Assembly (NCBI GenBank): GCA_964057225.1 | Contig: OZ059896.1 | Span: 18,414,001-18,478,000 of the forward strand | DNA: 64,000 nucleotides | Direction: 5' to 3' | Origin: Auanema rhodensis | Taxonomy: Eukaryota > Animalia > Nematoda | Shown here: one piece after another, positions 1 through 9,535 of the stretch | Layout: each line of letters starts with the position of its first letter | Numbering within the stretch: the first letter of the stretch is position 1 | The notes under the pieces: generated by a model | Told to the model about the DNA's origin: nothing | Database searches by the model: none | The model's input: the letters and a program-made list of their open reading frames with translations, nothing else | Position numbers and translations under genes: made by a program

Positions 1-8
1 GACGCCAC

Positions 9-410
9 TGTAATATCCTTGATTTGGATATTAATGTTCCATGTTATTGACCCTTAGATTGATGTGTTGTAAAAGAAAACAATAAGATTTGAGGAAGAGA
101 GAAAGATTTATTATAAATAAAAAACATTTAAACAATAAACAAATAAAGATAAAGATAAGTCCGCCAACTGAAGATTCAGTTGAATGGCAAGCTTATATAG
201 CGAATGTTATCAGCATTTTCCACGAAAGGTTATAAGTTGTCAATGACAATTATAACTATCTCAGAAAATGCTGAGGCTGCAAAATATAACTGATAACATA
301 ATACACTAAGACAAGAAACTAGAATTATAAAATATAAAATATAAAACACAGAATAAAGAAATACATAAAAATTATAGAAAGAATAAAGTAAAGAATTATA
401 AAGTATAACA
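9..410 (-). repeat. 3' LTR, family A copy 1
   Basis: 402 bp, near-identical to 8027-8427 and to the reverse complement of 13329-13729. Confidence 0.96.
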
Positions 411-467
411 TGCTACCGCTCTTGAAGTCCTGTGTCCTCACAGGTATGCATAAGGTTTCCAAAATTT

Positions 468-3400
468 TCATAATGTTGCAGCAAGCTTTTTGATGAGATC
501 CTTATGTACTTTTCTCATCTTTCCTTGACTCATTTCCAATTCCACATATGAGTTGTATACGCCTGTAATTTTGAACGGTTCATTATAAGTGGGTCGCAAT
601 TTGCCGTGAACCGTCATATCCTTCAATAGTACCATTTCACCTATTTCAAATATACGTGATGCTATTCGGTTACTATTATTCAGCCGATTTTGTTGTTCAA
701 TTGATTTTAATTGAATTTTTTCTTGAATAGAATCCCAGGTATTTTTCCGGTTTTCATTTCTTTCCAATAATTCGTCATCTTCAGGAGAATTTAGATGAGG
801 TTGTCCTGGTAATTGACGGTCCATAGGTAGTCGTGCGTCTCTTCCAAATAGAGCAATGTATGGGCTGATTCCGGTAGTTGTACTTGGGATTGTATTTAAT
901 GCGAATGTGATTTTAGGTAATTGTGAGGCCCATTGAGAGACACGGTTTTCAGCACAAGTGGATAAACATTCCTGGATGGTTCGATGTAGTCGTTCCACTT
1001 GACCGTTTGTATTTTTGTGATATGGCAGAGAGAAGGTTTGTACAATTCCAAATTCGTTGCACATTAACTTGAATTCTTTAGATATAAAATTTCCTCCATT
1101 GTCAGACACGATGCTCACTGGTGGTCCAAAAATGAAGACGAAATTCGTCAGGAACTTTCGGACTGTTTCTTCGGCATTCTGTGTGCGTAAAGGTATGCTC
1201 GTTATCCATTTCGAAAAAGCATCTTGAATAGAAAGAATATATTTAAATCCATTAGTGCTAGGGGAAAAAGGTCCTGTCACATCCATATGAATCCTATCAA
1301 ATGGTTTTTGTGGGGTAACAAACTTTCCATATGGTTCTCTCGTTGTATCATGTTGATTTATTTTCCTTTTTGCGCATGTCAGGCATTGGCTGACGATCTC
1401 TTTCGCATCTTCCATCATATTTGTCCAATGGAATCTTCTTGATAATGCTGCATGTGTTCTTTTGATTCCTTGATGCGCTCCAATTCTTGCGTCTTCATGA
1501 AAAAGTTTCGCAAGTACTTGATTCAATGTCTTTTGTTTTGGAATCATAATCCTTGGAGTAAGATATTGTTTGTTAGGTCGAGCATGCAAAACTCCGTCGA
1601 TAACAATATATCTATCGCTATTAATCTGTTTAGGTTGTTCCGTTAACATATCAGCAATAGTTTCCTTAATCCATGGTGTTCCTTGTTGTAACTGAATTAG
1701 TTTGTCGGTATCCAGAGTTTCCACATTGGTTACATTTATGAGATAGTTGATGGTTTCTTGGATATCCGTTAAACTTGTTGTTGGCGTTGTCTTCTGTAGC
1801 TTCGGTTTAGGACCATCGTTAGCTTCGTTGCCTATGTATCTGGATAGTGCATCACATACACTATTCATACGTCCTGGACAGTACATAATCACAATATCAT
1901 ATTCCTGGATCATTAACTGATATTTCGCTAGTCTTCCAATAAGATCTCTTCTACTCATTAGACTGGTTAGTGGTCGATGATCCGTTATTAGCTTAGTTGA
2001 CGTGCCTAAAACATATGTGCGAAATTGTTGTAATGCGTAGACGAGTGCCAAAGCTTCTAATTCGATAGGTGGGTATTCTCTTTCTGTAGGTGAGAGCTTC
2101 CTACTTGCGAACGCAACAGGGTGTAATCTATTTCCTGTATCTTGTAGTAAGACTGCTCCAATTGCAATAGTACTAGCGTCACTTTCAATAACAAAAGGTG
2201 CTCCATTTGTTGGTGGCTTCAGAACTGGTGCTGTGCATAGAGCTTTCTTGAGAGTCTCGAATGCTTTTTCACGTTCTTCCGTCCATTCGAAATCTTGATC
2301 CTTGTGTGTGAGTTGATACAACGGTTCGGCTATTTTGGCGTAGTCTCTGATGAATCGCCGAAAATAATTTGTCATTCCAAGGAATGAACGAATAGCGGTG
2401 ACCGTTTTAGGAGTTGAAAATTTCTTAACGGCTGTAATTTTTGATGGATCAGGTTGTATTCCATCACGACCAATTATAAATCCAAGAAATTTAACTTGTG
2501 TAGCTGCAAATTTGCATTTACTTAGTTTTGCTTTCATTCCTAATCCTTGTAAAGCTTGTAACACTTCTTCTATATCCTCCAGATGTTGTTCAGCTGTGTT
2601 TGATATAATGAGTAGATCATCCAGATAAACAAAAAGTCGACATTTTACTTGATTTTGCAAATAGCGAACAGCTGATTGAAATGTATGTGGAGCTCCACAG
2701 AGACCCATCGGCATTCTGCAATATTGATAAACTCCTGATGAGGTCACAAATGCAGTGAGGTGACGGTCTTCTTCACGTAAAGGAATTTGAAAAAATCCCG
2801 ATACGAGATCGATGTTTGTGAAGTATCGAGCTCCTGCAGTGCTGTCGATTATTTCTGGTATATGAGGAATAGAATAAGTCTGTTTCTGTGTGACACTATT
2901 GAGTGCACGGAAGTCCGTTACAAAGCGGAATGAGTTGTCTTTCTTCTTGACTAAGACGACTGGACTTGTAAAACTTGATGTTGATGTTTCTATTACTCCT
3001 TGGTCCGGCATTTCTTTTACTTGACGTTCAACTTCATCCTGTTTACCCAAAGGAACTCGATATGATCGAGATTTGGGCAGGTCCATATCGGTTCTCAAAG
3101 TGATTGAATGTTCTATTGGTCCTTTGAATAATCCAATGTTCCGATCTTCGTTAAAAAAAGCATTTTTGAATCTTCTCAACATAGTTTTGAGATTTTGACG
3201 TTGATTTTTAGATAGATCCGTTGATTCGAATTTTAAGTTATCGAAAGGATTCTTCTCAAAAATAGGCAATTTATCTGACCAATCAGCTTCTGGTGGAATA
3301 TAGTCCGGTATATGTGGGATTCCAATTTCTTCTGGTATTTTTCCTTTTCCAATAATGGTGTTTCCTGTTAACTTCACCTCATAATTTGCTGTATTGATGG

Positions 3401-4232
3401 CGAATATTGTGAGTGGTGAAGTCTTGATAGCAGTAGGTGTGAATTGAATAGGTCCATTTCCACATCGTATAAGAGCGTATTGTTTTGGTTGTAGTTCTTT
3501 TGCCAATTGTAGACGAATCATAGCTTTAGTTCGGGGTGGAATAATAGATTCTCTAATGTTTATAATTGAAACGATGTCTGAACTGACGCGAAAGCTCTTC
3601 TGGTTAGCGGATAATAATGGTAGAAAATGGTTTCCAACTATTAATTGCTTGCCTAGAGCTTGTAGAGAAGTTGTTATTCCTTTTTCTTCTAATGCTTTCA
3701 TGATGTCCAAACCAAGTAACATTTCAGTAGGACAATGTTTATCCTCAGAGATTAAAAATGTGTGTGAAAGATGGTATCCAGCAATAACAATGTCCAACGT
3801 TATTGTACCCAGAAAGTTGAATATTGATCCATTTGCTGCGGTGGCAGAGATTTTAGTTGAGTTGAAATTCTCTTTTCCTAAATAGCGTACTGATGATTCC
3901 TTCAAATATGAAACAGATGCTCCGCTATCCCATAAAGCTACGAGTCCTCTGCCTTCTGCTTCAATTCTTATATATGGGAGTTCTCTTTTGTTCGTTGCAC
4001 AGCATCCAACAAAAGGTATAATAATAGGAATAAAAGTGATGACAGTAGGAAAATATCTTCGAATAGTTTCGTCGTCGGCTGGAACATCGATGTCAGCGTT
4101 GAGTAGTTCGTGTTGTTCAACTGCATTCACATTTAAGATAGGAACTTTCTCTTTGATATAAGATACAACAATAATGTATAATGCTGATCCAAAGATTAAT
4201 ATAACTATCATAACACCTGCAGAGATAAACAT
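468..4232 (-). CDS. pol: Env TM anchor and tail fused to Pol (aspartic protease, RT, RNase H, integrase)
   Basis: N-terminal TM (GVMIVILIFGSALYIIVV); LWDSGAS; RT MPMGL and YLDD; RNase H ESDAS/ELEAL/TDHRPL/DALSR; IN HHCC (FHED..AHQG..CLTC) and D-D-E (HMDV, SDNG, QVER); open 1254 aa. Confidence 0.96.
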   Translation of the reverse strand: MFISAGVMIVILIFGSALYIIVVSYIKEKVPILNVNAVEQHELLNADIDVPADDETIRRYFPTVITFIPIIIPFVGCCATNKRELPYIRIEAEGRGLVALWDSGASVSYLKESSVRYLGKENFNSTKISATAANGSIFNFLGTITLDIVIAGYHLSHTFLISEDKHCPTEMLLGLDIMKALEEKGITTSLQALGKQLIVGNHFLPLLSANQKSFRVSSDIVSIINIRESIIPPRTKAMIRLQLAKELQPKQYALIRCGNGPIQFTPTAIKTSPLTIFAINTANYEVKLTGNTIIGKGKIPEEIGIPHIPDYIPPEADWSDKLPIFEKNPFDNLKFESTDLSKNQRQNLKTMLRRFKNAFFNEDRNIGLFKGPIEHSITLRTDMDLPKSRSYRVPLGKQDEVERQVKEMPDQGVIETSTSSFTSPVVLVKKKDNSFRFVTDFRALNSVTQKQTYSIPHIPEIIDSTAGARYFTNIDLVSGFFQIPLREEDRHLTAFVTSSGVYQYCRMPMGLCGAPHTFQSAVRYLQNQVKCRLFVYLDDLLIISNTAEQHLEDIEEVLQALQGLGMKAKLSKCKFAATQVKFLGFIIGRDGIQPDPSKITAVKKFSTPKTVTAIRSFLGMTNYFRRFIRDYAKIAEPLYQLTHKDQDFEWTEEREKAFETLKKALCTAPVLKPPTNGAPFVIESDASTIAIGAVLLQDTGNRLHPVAFASRKLSPTEREYPPIELEALALVYALQQFRTYVLGTSTKLITDHRPLTSLMSRRDLIGRLAKYQLMIQEYDIVIMYCPGRMNSVCDALSRYIGNEANDGPKPKLQKTTPTTSLTDIQETINYLINVTNVETLDTDKLIQLQQGTPWIKETIADMLTEQPKQINSDRYIVIDGVLHARPNKQYLTPRIMIPKQKTLNQVLAKLFHEDARIGAHQGIKRTHAALSRRFHWTNMMEDAKEIVSQCLTCAKRKINQHDTTREPYGKFVTPQKPFDRIHMDVTGPFSPSTNGFKYILSIQDAFSKWITSIPLRTQNAEETVRKFLTNFVFIFGPPVSIVSDNGGNFISKEFKLMCNEFGIVQTFSLPYHKNTNGQVERLHRTIQECLSTCAENRVSQWASQLPKITFALNTIPSTTTGISPYIALFGRDARLPMDRQLPGQPHLNSPEDDELLERNENRKNTWDSIQEKIQLKSIEQQNRLNNSNRIASRIFEIGEMVLLKDMTVHGKLRPTYNEPFKITGVYNSYVELEMSQGKMRKVHKDLIKKLAATL

Positions 4233-7141
4233 TCTGTTGAGGGATCCAGCAAAGAAATCAACTCCTCGTTCCCATAGTGAATATTTTGAGTAGAACTAAA
4301 AAGTTTGTTACTTTTTGTAAACCATTCTGATAAGCCTGGCAAATTCGCTTGATTCGTGATAACTCGTAGAAAATTTCTATGAGGATTGGTAGCGAAAATG
4401 TGTCCATATGTTAGGCTTATTGTTCTAACTAAGTTTTCATCGGTGATATTTTCATAAAGATTTCTTTGTGAAAATCGAATGGCTGCTAGATCGGGATACT
4501 GATCTGAACCAATGTTTAAAGCAGTTACGTTTGCAACTCCGTTGAGGGATTTCCATTCTCCATCCTCTTTCCATATATCATTTTCTACTGTTTCACATGG
4601 AATTTCAGTTCCATATGCTTCCAAATCTGCTGAATCTTGAGGTGCAAAGAAGAGGCGGTCATCATCCGTGATGACGGGTGTTTCTAAATAACACTTATCT
4701 TTGTATGTGTGGTTGCGATAAATGTGAATTGGTTCTATTGGCTGACAGGTTGAAACCCGAATAAGATTCCGCCCAATTATTCGAGCCACTATATCATCTC
4801 GTTGCATAATAGATCTGATAGCAATCGTAGGATTGATATTAAATATAGCTTGCCATGTCTTAATAAGTTCAAGTTGAGCATGACATATGCTGTGATGTTG
4901 ATGATGAAATTCTTCGACCAGTATGGTTCTCATTCGTTCAAATCCATAGTTGAGTTTGTTGATGGTAGTTAATGCATCTCGATGTCGAAGTATAGTATTC
5001 TGGTGATCAGTTAAGTGAGTGCCGAATAATTCTTGAGCTTTCTCTATGCTTCCAATCATGGGTTGCATTGATGTCATCCCTTGAATAGTACTAATTGTTT
5101 GTTTTGTAGTAGATGATGTATTTACAACAGGTTTTGAGGTAGCACTAAGAAATCGTGCAGTTGGCGTAGTTTTGGTGGTGATAGAGCGACTGAATACTCT
5201 TTTTGTAATCTCTTCAGGTGCTGGTTTTGAAAACCATGACATTAAATCAGTTAATTGTTTAGCGTCAATATTGATGTTACGGCTGTAGAGATCTTCTTTA
5301 TTCGAAGGCATCGGTATTCCAAAAATGGTTTCTCGGTTTCTGAGTGTCCAGTTATCCAACAGCTTTAATTTCATTTCATATACTTGATCTTTCACTTGTC
5401 GTTGCATAAAATGACTATGAAAGAACAGTTTCATTCGGTAATATTCTATCAGTTGAGGTTGAGAATACTGATAGCGTAGTTCACGAAGTAATTCTTTTGC
5501 TTTATATACCACAGAACGTGGATCTCCAAATGTGAAGTTGAGATGGTTTTGATATACTGTGAATATCAAAAATTCGAGTGGTGGCACATATTCTGTTTCG
5601 GATAAGATTGCAGGTATTTGTATCAATTCCCATAATTTATCTCTTGCAACCGAAATTGTAGAATTGCCTGGTTTAACTATTCTTTTTATATAATTGATAG
5701 GAAGTCGGTGTGCTAGTTGACCGATGACAAAACTAGGCTCCATTTGTTCGATCCACATTTTTGTAATCATCTTGCTTTCTTCTCCTCCTAGAGCATGTAG
5801 TAAGAGAATATTCGGATCGCGGAAGTCTTTTAAATTTGCCCAGTAATCTATAGTATGATCAGTAATGTTCAAAATATGGACAGCTGACAGCAAAAATTGA
5901 TGATATCGAGCAATAACAGTCAGGTTCTGATATTCGTTGCTAACTGATTGATAGTGATACCAGTTATGAATATATCGTATGGTATTTCCGCCAGACGTGA
6001 CAGTATATCTAGCAAACGGTAGATCCAATATTTGAATAGGAGTTAACTTATATTCCATTTCTGAGCGAAATGACGCAATTAAGGATGAATTTGTTGATCG
6101 TTTATAGCGTTGGCGTGAAGGATCCATTTGATTATCCAAATAACTTGTTAGATCCAGTAGAGAATATGCATGCGGATAATCAATTAACGAGACAAGAGTC
6201 TCAGTAGTGGATTCAAAAATTGGTGAGGTGTTGGCTAAGACAAGTGCTGTTTCTAGACTTGATATTAGCAGTGTTTGATCTCCAAGTATTCCATACAGAG
6301 GTCCAATACGTGTGTATTGGCATGGTGCTCGGGGTGTGGGTGGTTTCCAAACTACTGAACCATCTCCAAATGTACAGCTTCCCATTTGAGCTTTACAGCC
6401 TTCTGCGTTGACAATTAAGTCAGATACAATAGTATTGTCCTTTAAATTTGTAATAACTCCTCGCTCCATCACAAATTGAGTTAAGTTGGCGCATTGAGTA
6501 AAACTGAAGAAACGTTCCGGTTCATATACTGGCTTAGGAGCTTCATATGTAAGTGGATTAGCGCTCAACAGTTTTTCATTTTTCCATTTCTTGTCTCGAG
6601 CAGCTATACGGCATTCTTCTACAGATACATATCCATTACCAATGATGGTGTCGTTGCTTTCTCGGAACCAAAATTGATCCGTTACACATAATCGATAGAT
6701 GCGTGTATAACACTTCCACGCTTCCCATGTTACGACGGTTTGTTTAGGAATGAACAATTCAACGTTAACTTGATGAGCTTGTTGAATTGCTTTCCGTTGG
6801 CATCCTGTTATCTCTGGTGGTGTCATCAGAATTCCTCCTTTATGAGCTAAACATAGTTGATATGAAGCATTCACAGTGGGAAGCAGAAATGTGCAGATTA
6901 TTGTTGTGAGCAGGAATGGTAATGCAATAGTATTTATATTGAATCGAGGTTTCCATCGTCTTTGATTGCCTTGATTCTCTCTGAGATAATTGTCGCGATT
7001 ATTCCTGGCAAAGTTGTCTCGATTTTCTCTTTGATAATTGTTGCGAGGTTCTCTCGAATGATGATTACTCTCCATTGAGTAGTTGTTTCCATAATTTTGT
7101 CGAGGGCCAGAGTTCCTGTTGAATTTATTAAACTCTTCCAA
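4208..7141 (-). CDS. env: Gag C-terminal N/R-rich tail plus gB-like class III fusion glycoprotein ectodomain
   Basis: Internal signal peptide IALPFLLTTIICTFLLPTVNA; Cys pattern shared with family B; furin site RQRYKR; gB-like segment ICHAQLELIKTWQAIFNINPTIAIRSIMQRDDIVARIIGRNLIRVSTCQPI...CYLETPV; many N-x-S/T sequons. Confidence 0.85.
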   Translation of the reverse strand: MEEFNKFNRNSGPRQNYGNNYSMESNHHSREPRNNYQRENRDNFARNNRDNYLRENQGNQRRWKPRFNINTIALPFLLTTIICTFLLPTVNASYQLCLAHKGGILMTPPEITGCQRKAIQQAHQVNVELFIPKQTVVTWEAWKCYTRIYRLCVTDQFWFRESNDTIIGNGYVSVEECRIAARDKKWKNEKLLSANPLTYEAPKPVYEPERFFSFTQCANLTQFVMERGVITNLKDNTIVSDLIVNAEGCKAQMGSCTFGDGSVVWKPPTPRAPCQYTRIGPLYGILGDQTLLISSLETALVLANTSPIFESTTETLVSLIDYPHAYSLLDLTSYLDNQMDPSRQRYKRSTNSSLIASFRSEMEYKLTPIQILDLPFARYTVTSGGNTIRYIHNWYHYQSVSNEYQNLTVIARYHQFLLSAVHILNITDHTIDYWANLKDFRDPNILLLHALGGEESKMITKMWIEQMEPSFVIGQLAHRLPINYIKRIVKPGNSTISVARDKLWELIQIPAILSETEYVPPLEFLIFTVYQNHLNFTFGDPRSVVYKAKELLRELRYQYSQPQLIEYYRMKLFFHSHFMQRQVKDQVYEMKLKLLDNWTLRNRETIFGIPMPSNKEDLYSRNINIDAKQLTDLMSWFSKPAPEEITKRVFSRSITTKTTPTARFLSATSKPVVNTSSTTKQTISTIQGMTSMQPMIGSIEKAQELFGTHLTDHQNTILRHRDALTTINKLNYGFERMRTILVEEFHHQHHSICHAQLELIKTWQAIFNINPTIAIRSIMQRDDIVARIIGRNLIRVSTCQPIEPIHIYRNHTYKDKCYLETPVITDDDRLFFAPQDSADLEAYGTEIPCETVENDIWKEDGEWKSLNGVANVTALNIGSDQYPDLAAIRFSQRNLYENITDENLVRTISLTYGHIFATNPHRNFLRVITNQANLPGLSEWFTKSNKLFSSTQNIHYGNEELISLLDPSTECLSLQVL

Positions 7142-7547
7142 GGGTTTCTTGAATTGTTGCCATTGTTCCGTTCGAAATCTCGTGGCTGCTGATGGTTCCT
7201 TTGGTTCCTATTTTCCTTCATGGTGATCTTCTGAACTGCAGAGATCAACTCTTGCATAGTTGAGTTTTCTTCATGCTGTTTTTTATAGTTAGCACGAATT
7301 GCTTCTTCAAAACGTGCTGTCCTTTTTGCTTCCTCATAAGTCTTTGGATCTTTTCCTTGAACAATTATGCCTAAATCAGCCTTCAATCCATTTAAGAAAG
7401 CTGAACTTAATATGAGCTCTCTTTCTCGATCAGTTGGGCTCATAATACTGGAAGCCATTTCTTCCAAGTATGAGGAAACTGAGTAACAGTTTTCTCTCCT
7501 TGCGTCGAGCGTAGCAACGTCGCGATCGTGAAATTCCTTTCCGTGGC
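6934..7547 (-). pseudogene. gag: gag capsid region, 5'-deleted and frameshifted
   Basis: AFLNGL...DPKTYEEAKRTARFEE matches copy 2 gag; lacks ~0.92 kb present in copy 2 (~14206-15130). Confidence 0.85.
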
Positions 7548-8013
7548 TTTGTTTAAGTCTTTGTTTCAACTTGAATCAACAATCAAAAAATTATGAGAGG
7601 AAGGTTTAAATTCAAATATGACAAATGATACAGCGGATGTTATTTTCTTACAGTGGCCATTCTGTTAGTACAAACTTGTAATCTTTATCAAAAATATTGC
7701 AAATTGACTTTATTAAGGTCCAATTTTGCTTATATCAAACAGCTTTTCCATTTCCAAAAAATATATATTTTTTGCCACAATGAAAAATCAAAAATACAAC
7801 TGCGCAGAAACAAAAAAATCGAAAAGTTGGCCAATTCAGTATCTCACCCTGCGCAAAATATCAACCCTGTTTATTAAAAAAATGAGTGAGACCCTTCGTA
7901 CTGAATTGGAAAGAGAGGTGGTAGCCCAGGGAAATAGCTCAAAAAATAAATTCTCTTTAACTGAATGATAATTCATAATTTAATCGAGTTCGAAAATCGT
8001 AAAAAGATGCTAA

Positions 8014-8026
8014 GGTGGAACCTCCA
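8014..8026 (-). promoter_or_regulatory. Primer-binding site complementary to the tRNA-Gln 3' end
   Basis: TGGAGGTTCCACC directly after the 5' LTR; complement of ...GGUGGAACCU-CCA. Confidence 0.85.
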
Positions 8027-8427
8027 TGTAATATCCTTGATTTGGATATTAATGTTCCATGTTATTGACCCTTAGATTGATGTGTTGTAAAAAAAACAAT
8101 AAGATTTGAGGAAGAGAGAAAGATTTATTATAAATAAAAAACATTTAAACAATAAACAAATAAAGATAAAGATAAGTCCGCCAACTGAAGATTCAGTTGA
8201 ATGGCAAGCTTATATAGCGAATGTTATCAGCATTTTCCACGAAAGGTTATAAGTTGTCAATGACAATTATAACTATCTCAGAAAATGCTGAGGCTGCAAA
8301 ATATAACTGATAACATAATACACTAAGACAAGAAACTAGAATTATAAAATATAAAATATAAAACACAGAATAAAGAAATACATAAAAATTATAGAAAGAA
8401 TAAAGTAAAGAATTATAAAGTATAACA
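8027..8427 (-). repeat. 5' LTR, family A copy 1
   Basis: Direct repeat of 9-410 with about one indel. Confidence 0.96.
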
Positions 8428-8861
8428 CCACGTTTCGGTTTAACAAAACACTACAACGCCTAGAGTTTGTAACAAGTTAGCGGCTATTATTGAATGCAAC
8501 ACTCGGTGATGCTCTCGCATATTTTCTTTGCTTTGAGAATAAAATTATCAACGATACGTTAATAGCCAGGCGCCCCATTGATTTTTCAAATAACATTAAT
8601 ACAATGTATATATATTGTGATATCGTAGAATATTCCATTCTCGGTAATGTGAAAGCTAATTTACTTGCATGTTTACCTGTACCACCTCCTACTGAATTTG
8701 GTAAAATGATTGCCAAAACGTTTAATCCTATTCGTTATGTACCAATCACTAAGCAAACACTCGATACTATACGTATTGAAATTTTAGATGAATTTGGCCG
8801 CCCTATGCAATTTAATTATGGTTCTACAGTTGTTACATTACATGTTAAAAATGTGAAATAA
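8428..8861 (+). pseudogene. Maverick minor capsid (penton-like), 3' part
   Basis: MYIYCDIVEYSILGNVKANLL...PIRYVPI...IRIEILDEFGRP..FNYG..VVTLH; interrupted by the LTR element. Confidence 0.8.
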
Positions 8862-8866
8862 ATGTT

Positions 8867-9277
8867 TTATTCAACAGTTATACAAGACCACATTACGATT
8901 TTCGAAGGTTTAAAAGGTAGTTCAGCGCCGTTTTGTTCGATGCGCGGCTCGTGTTGTGAATATTCTCGGTTACTATTGCAGCGGCATCGTTTTGGTTCGG
9001 TTGACTGTACAAACTCCTCAGTTTTTTCAGAGGGTTCGCTGGTATCATTTCCATCACCATCTTTACCATTCGTTCCATTATTATTATGAAGACGCTGAAT
9101 ATGACGCTGACAATTGAATCTTATTCCAAAAGTTTCACTACAATAAGGGCACAAACGTCTACGAACACTATCCAAATGTCCATATTTTTGAATAAAGTCA
9201 GCATTGCTGATATAACTGTTACATACGGGTTGAATCCCGTCATGTCTTTTCAATACGTGATCACATAAAAGTTCCAT
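8867..9277 (-). CDS. Maverick C2H2 zinc-finger protein (first finger partly deleted)
   Basis: CPYCSETFGIRFNCQRHIQRLH; homolog of 31725-32189 lacking 54 bp. Confidence 0.65.
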   Translation of the reverse strand: MELLCDHVLKRHDGIQPVCNSYISNADFIQKYGHLDSVRRRLCPYCSETFGIRFNCQRHIQRLHNNNGTNGKDGDGNDTSEPSEKTEEFVQSTEPKRCRCNSNREYSQHEPRIEQNGAELPFKPSKIVMWSCITVE

Positions 9278-9318
9278 TAGAGGAAAATAAAAAACAACCA
9301 CACACAGTCTACTCACTT

Positions 9319-9489
9319 TTATATAATGAGTGGAATAATGACTAGTGTTGTACAAAAGCCTAGTCCCAGAGATATTCCTTTAATGAATGGCACTGAAATA
9401 CGTTTCAAAATCTTTTTGTACAGGGGTGTTGGCACAGATTGTTCCAACGTGTATCTTATACATAATTCACAGTGACAGGGAATATTCAT
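9319..9489 (-). CDS. 56-aa putative membrane microprotein (CxCxxC plus C-terminal TM)
   Basis: Manual translation MNIPCHCELCIRYTLEQSVPTPLYKKILKRISVPFIKGISLGLGFCTTLVIIPLII*; also open in copy B. Confidence 0.5.
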   Translation of the reverse strand: MNIPCHCELCIRYTLEQSVPTPLYKKILKRISVPFIKGISLGLGFCTTLVIIPLII

Positions 9490-9535
9490 AACTGACCACC
9501 TAATGTAGCAGGTGACGCTTTAATGGCAAAGTTGA

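Larger units (their letters stand above)
9..8427 (-). mobile_element. Ty3/Gypsy LTR retroelement family A, copy 1 (gag-env-pol), inserted in the Maverick minor capsid gene
   Basis: Near-identical TG...CA LTRs (9-410, 8027-8427); 4-bp TSD CCAC (5-8, 8428-8431); PBS next to 5' LTR; PR-RT-RH-IN order. Rejoined flanks read gacgccacgtttcgg, matching the mCP gene near 32610-32630. Confidence 0.96.

Noticed and set aside
7110-7150. Programmed -1 gag/env frameshift in copy 1
   Set aside because: No canonical slippery heptamer; family B shifts at another position; one missing T in a T-run explains it
7653-7968. Antisense ORFs in the family A leader (also 13807-14034)
   Set aside because: Frameshifted between near-identical copies; no motifs
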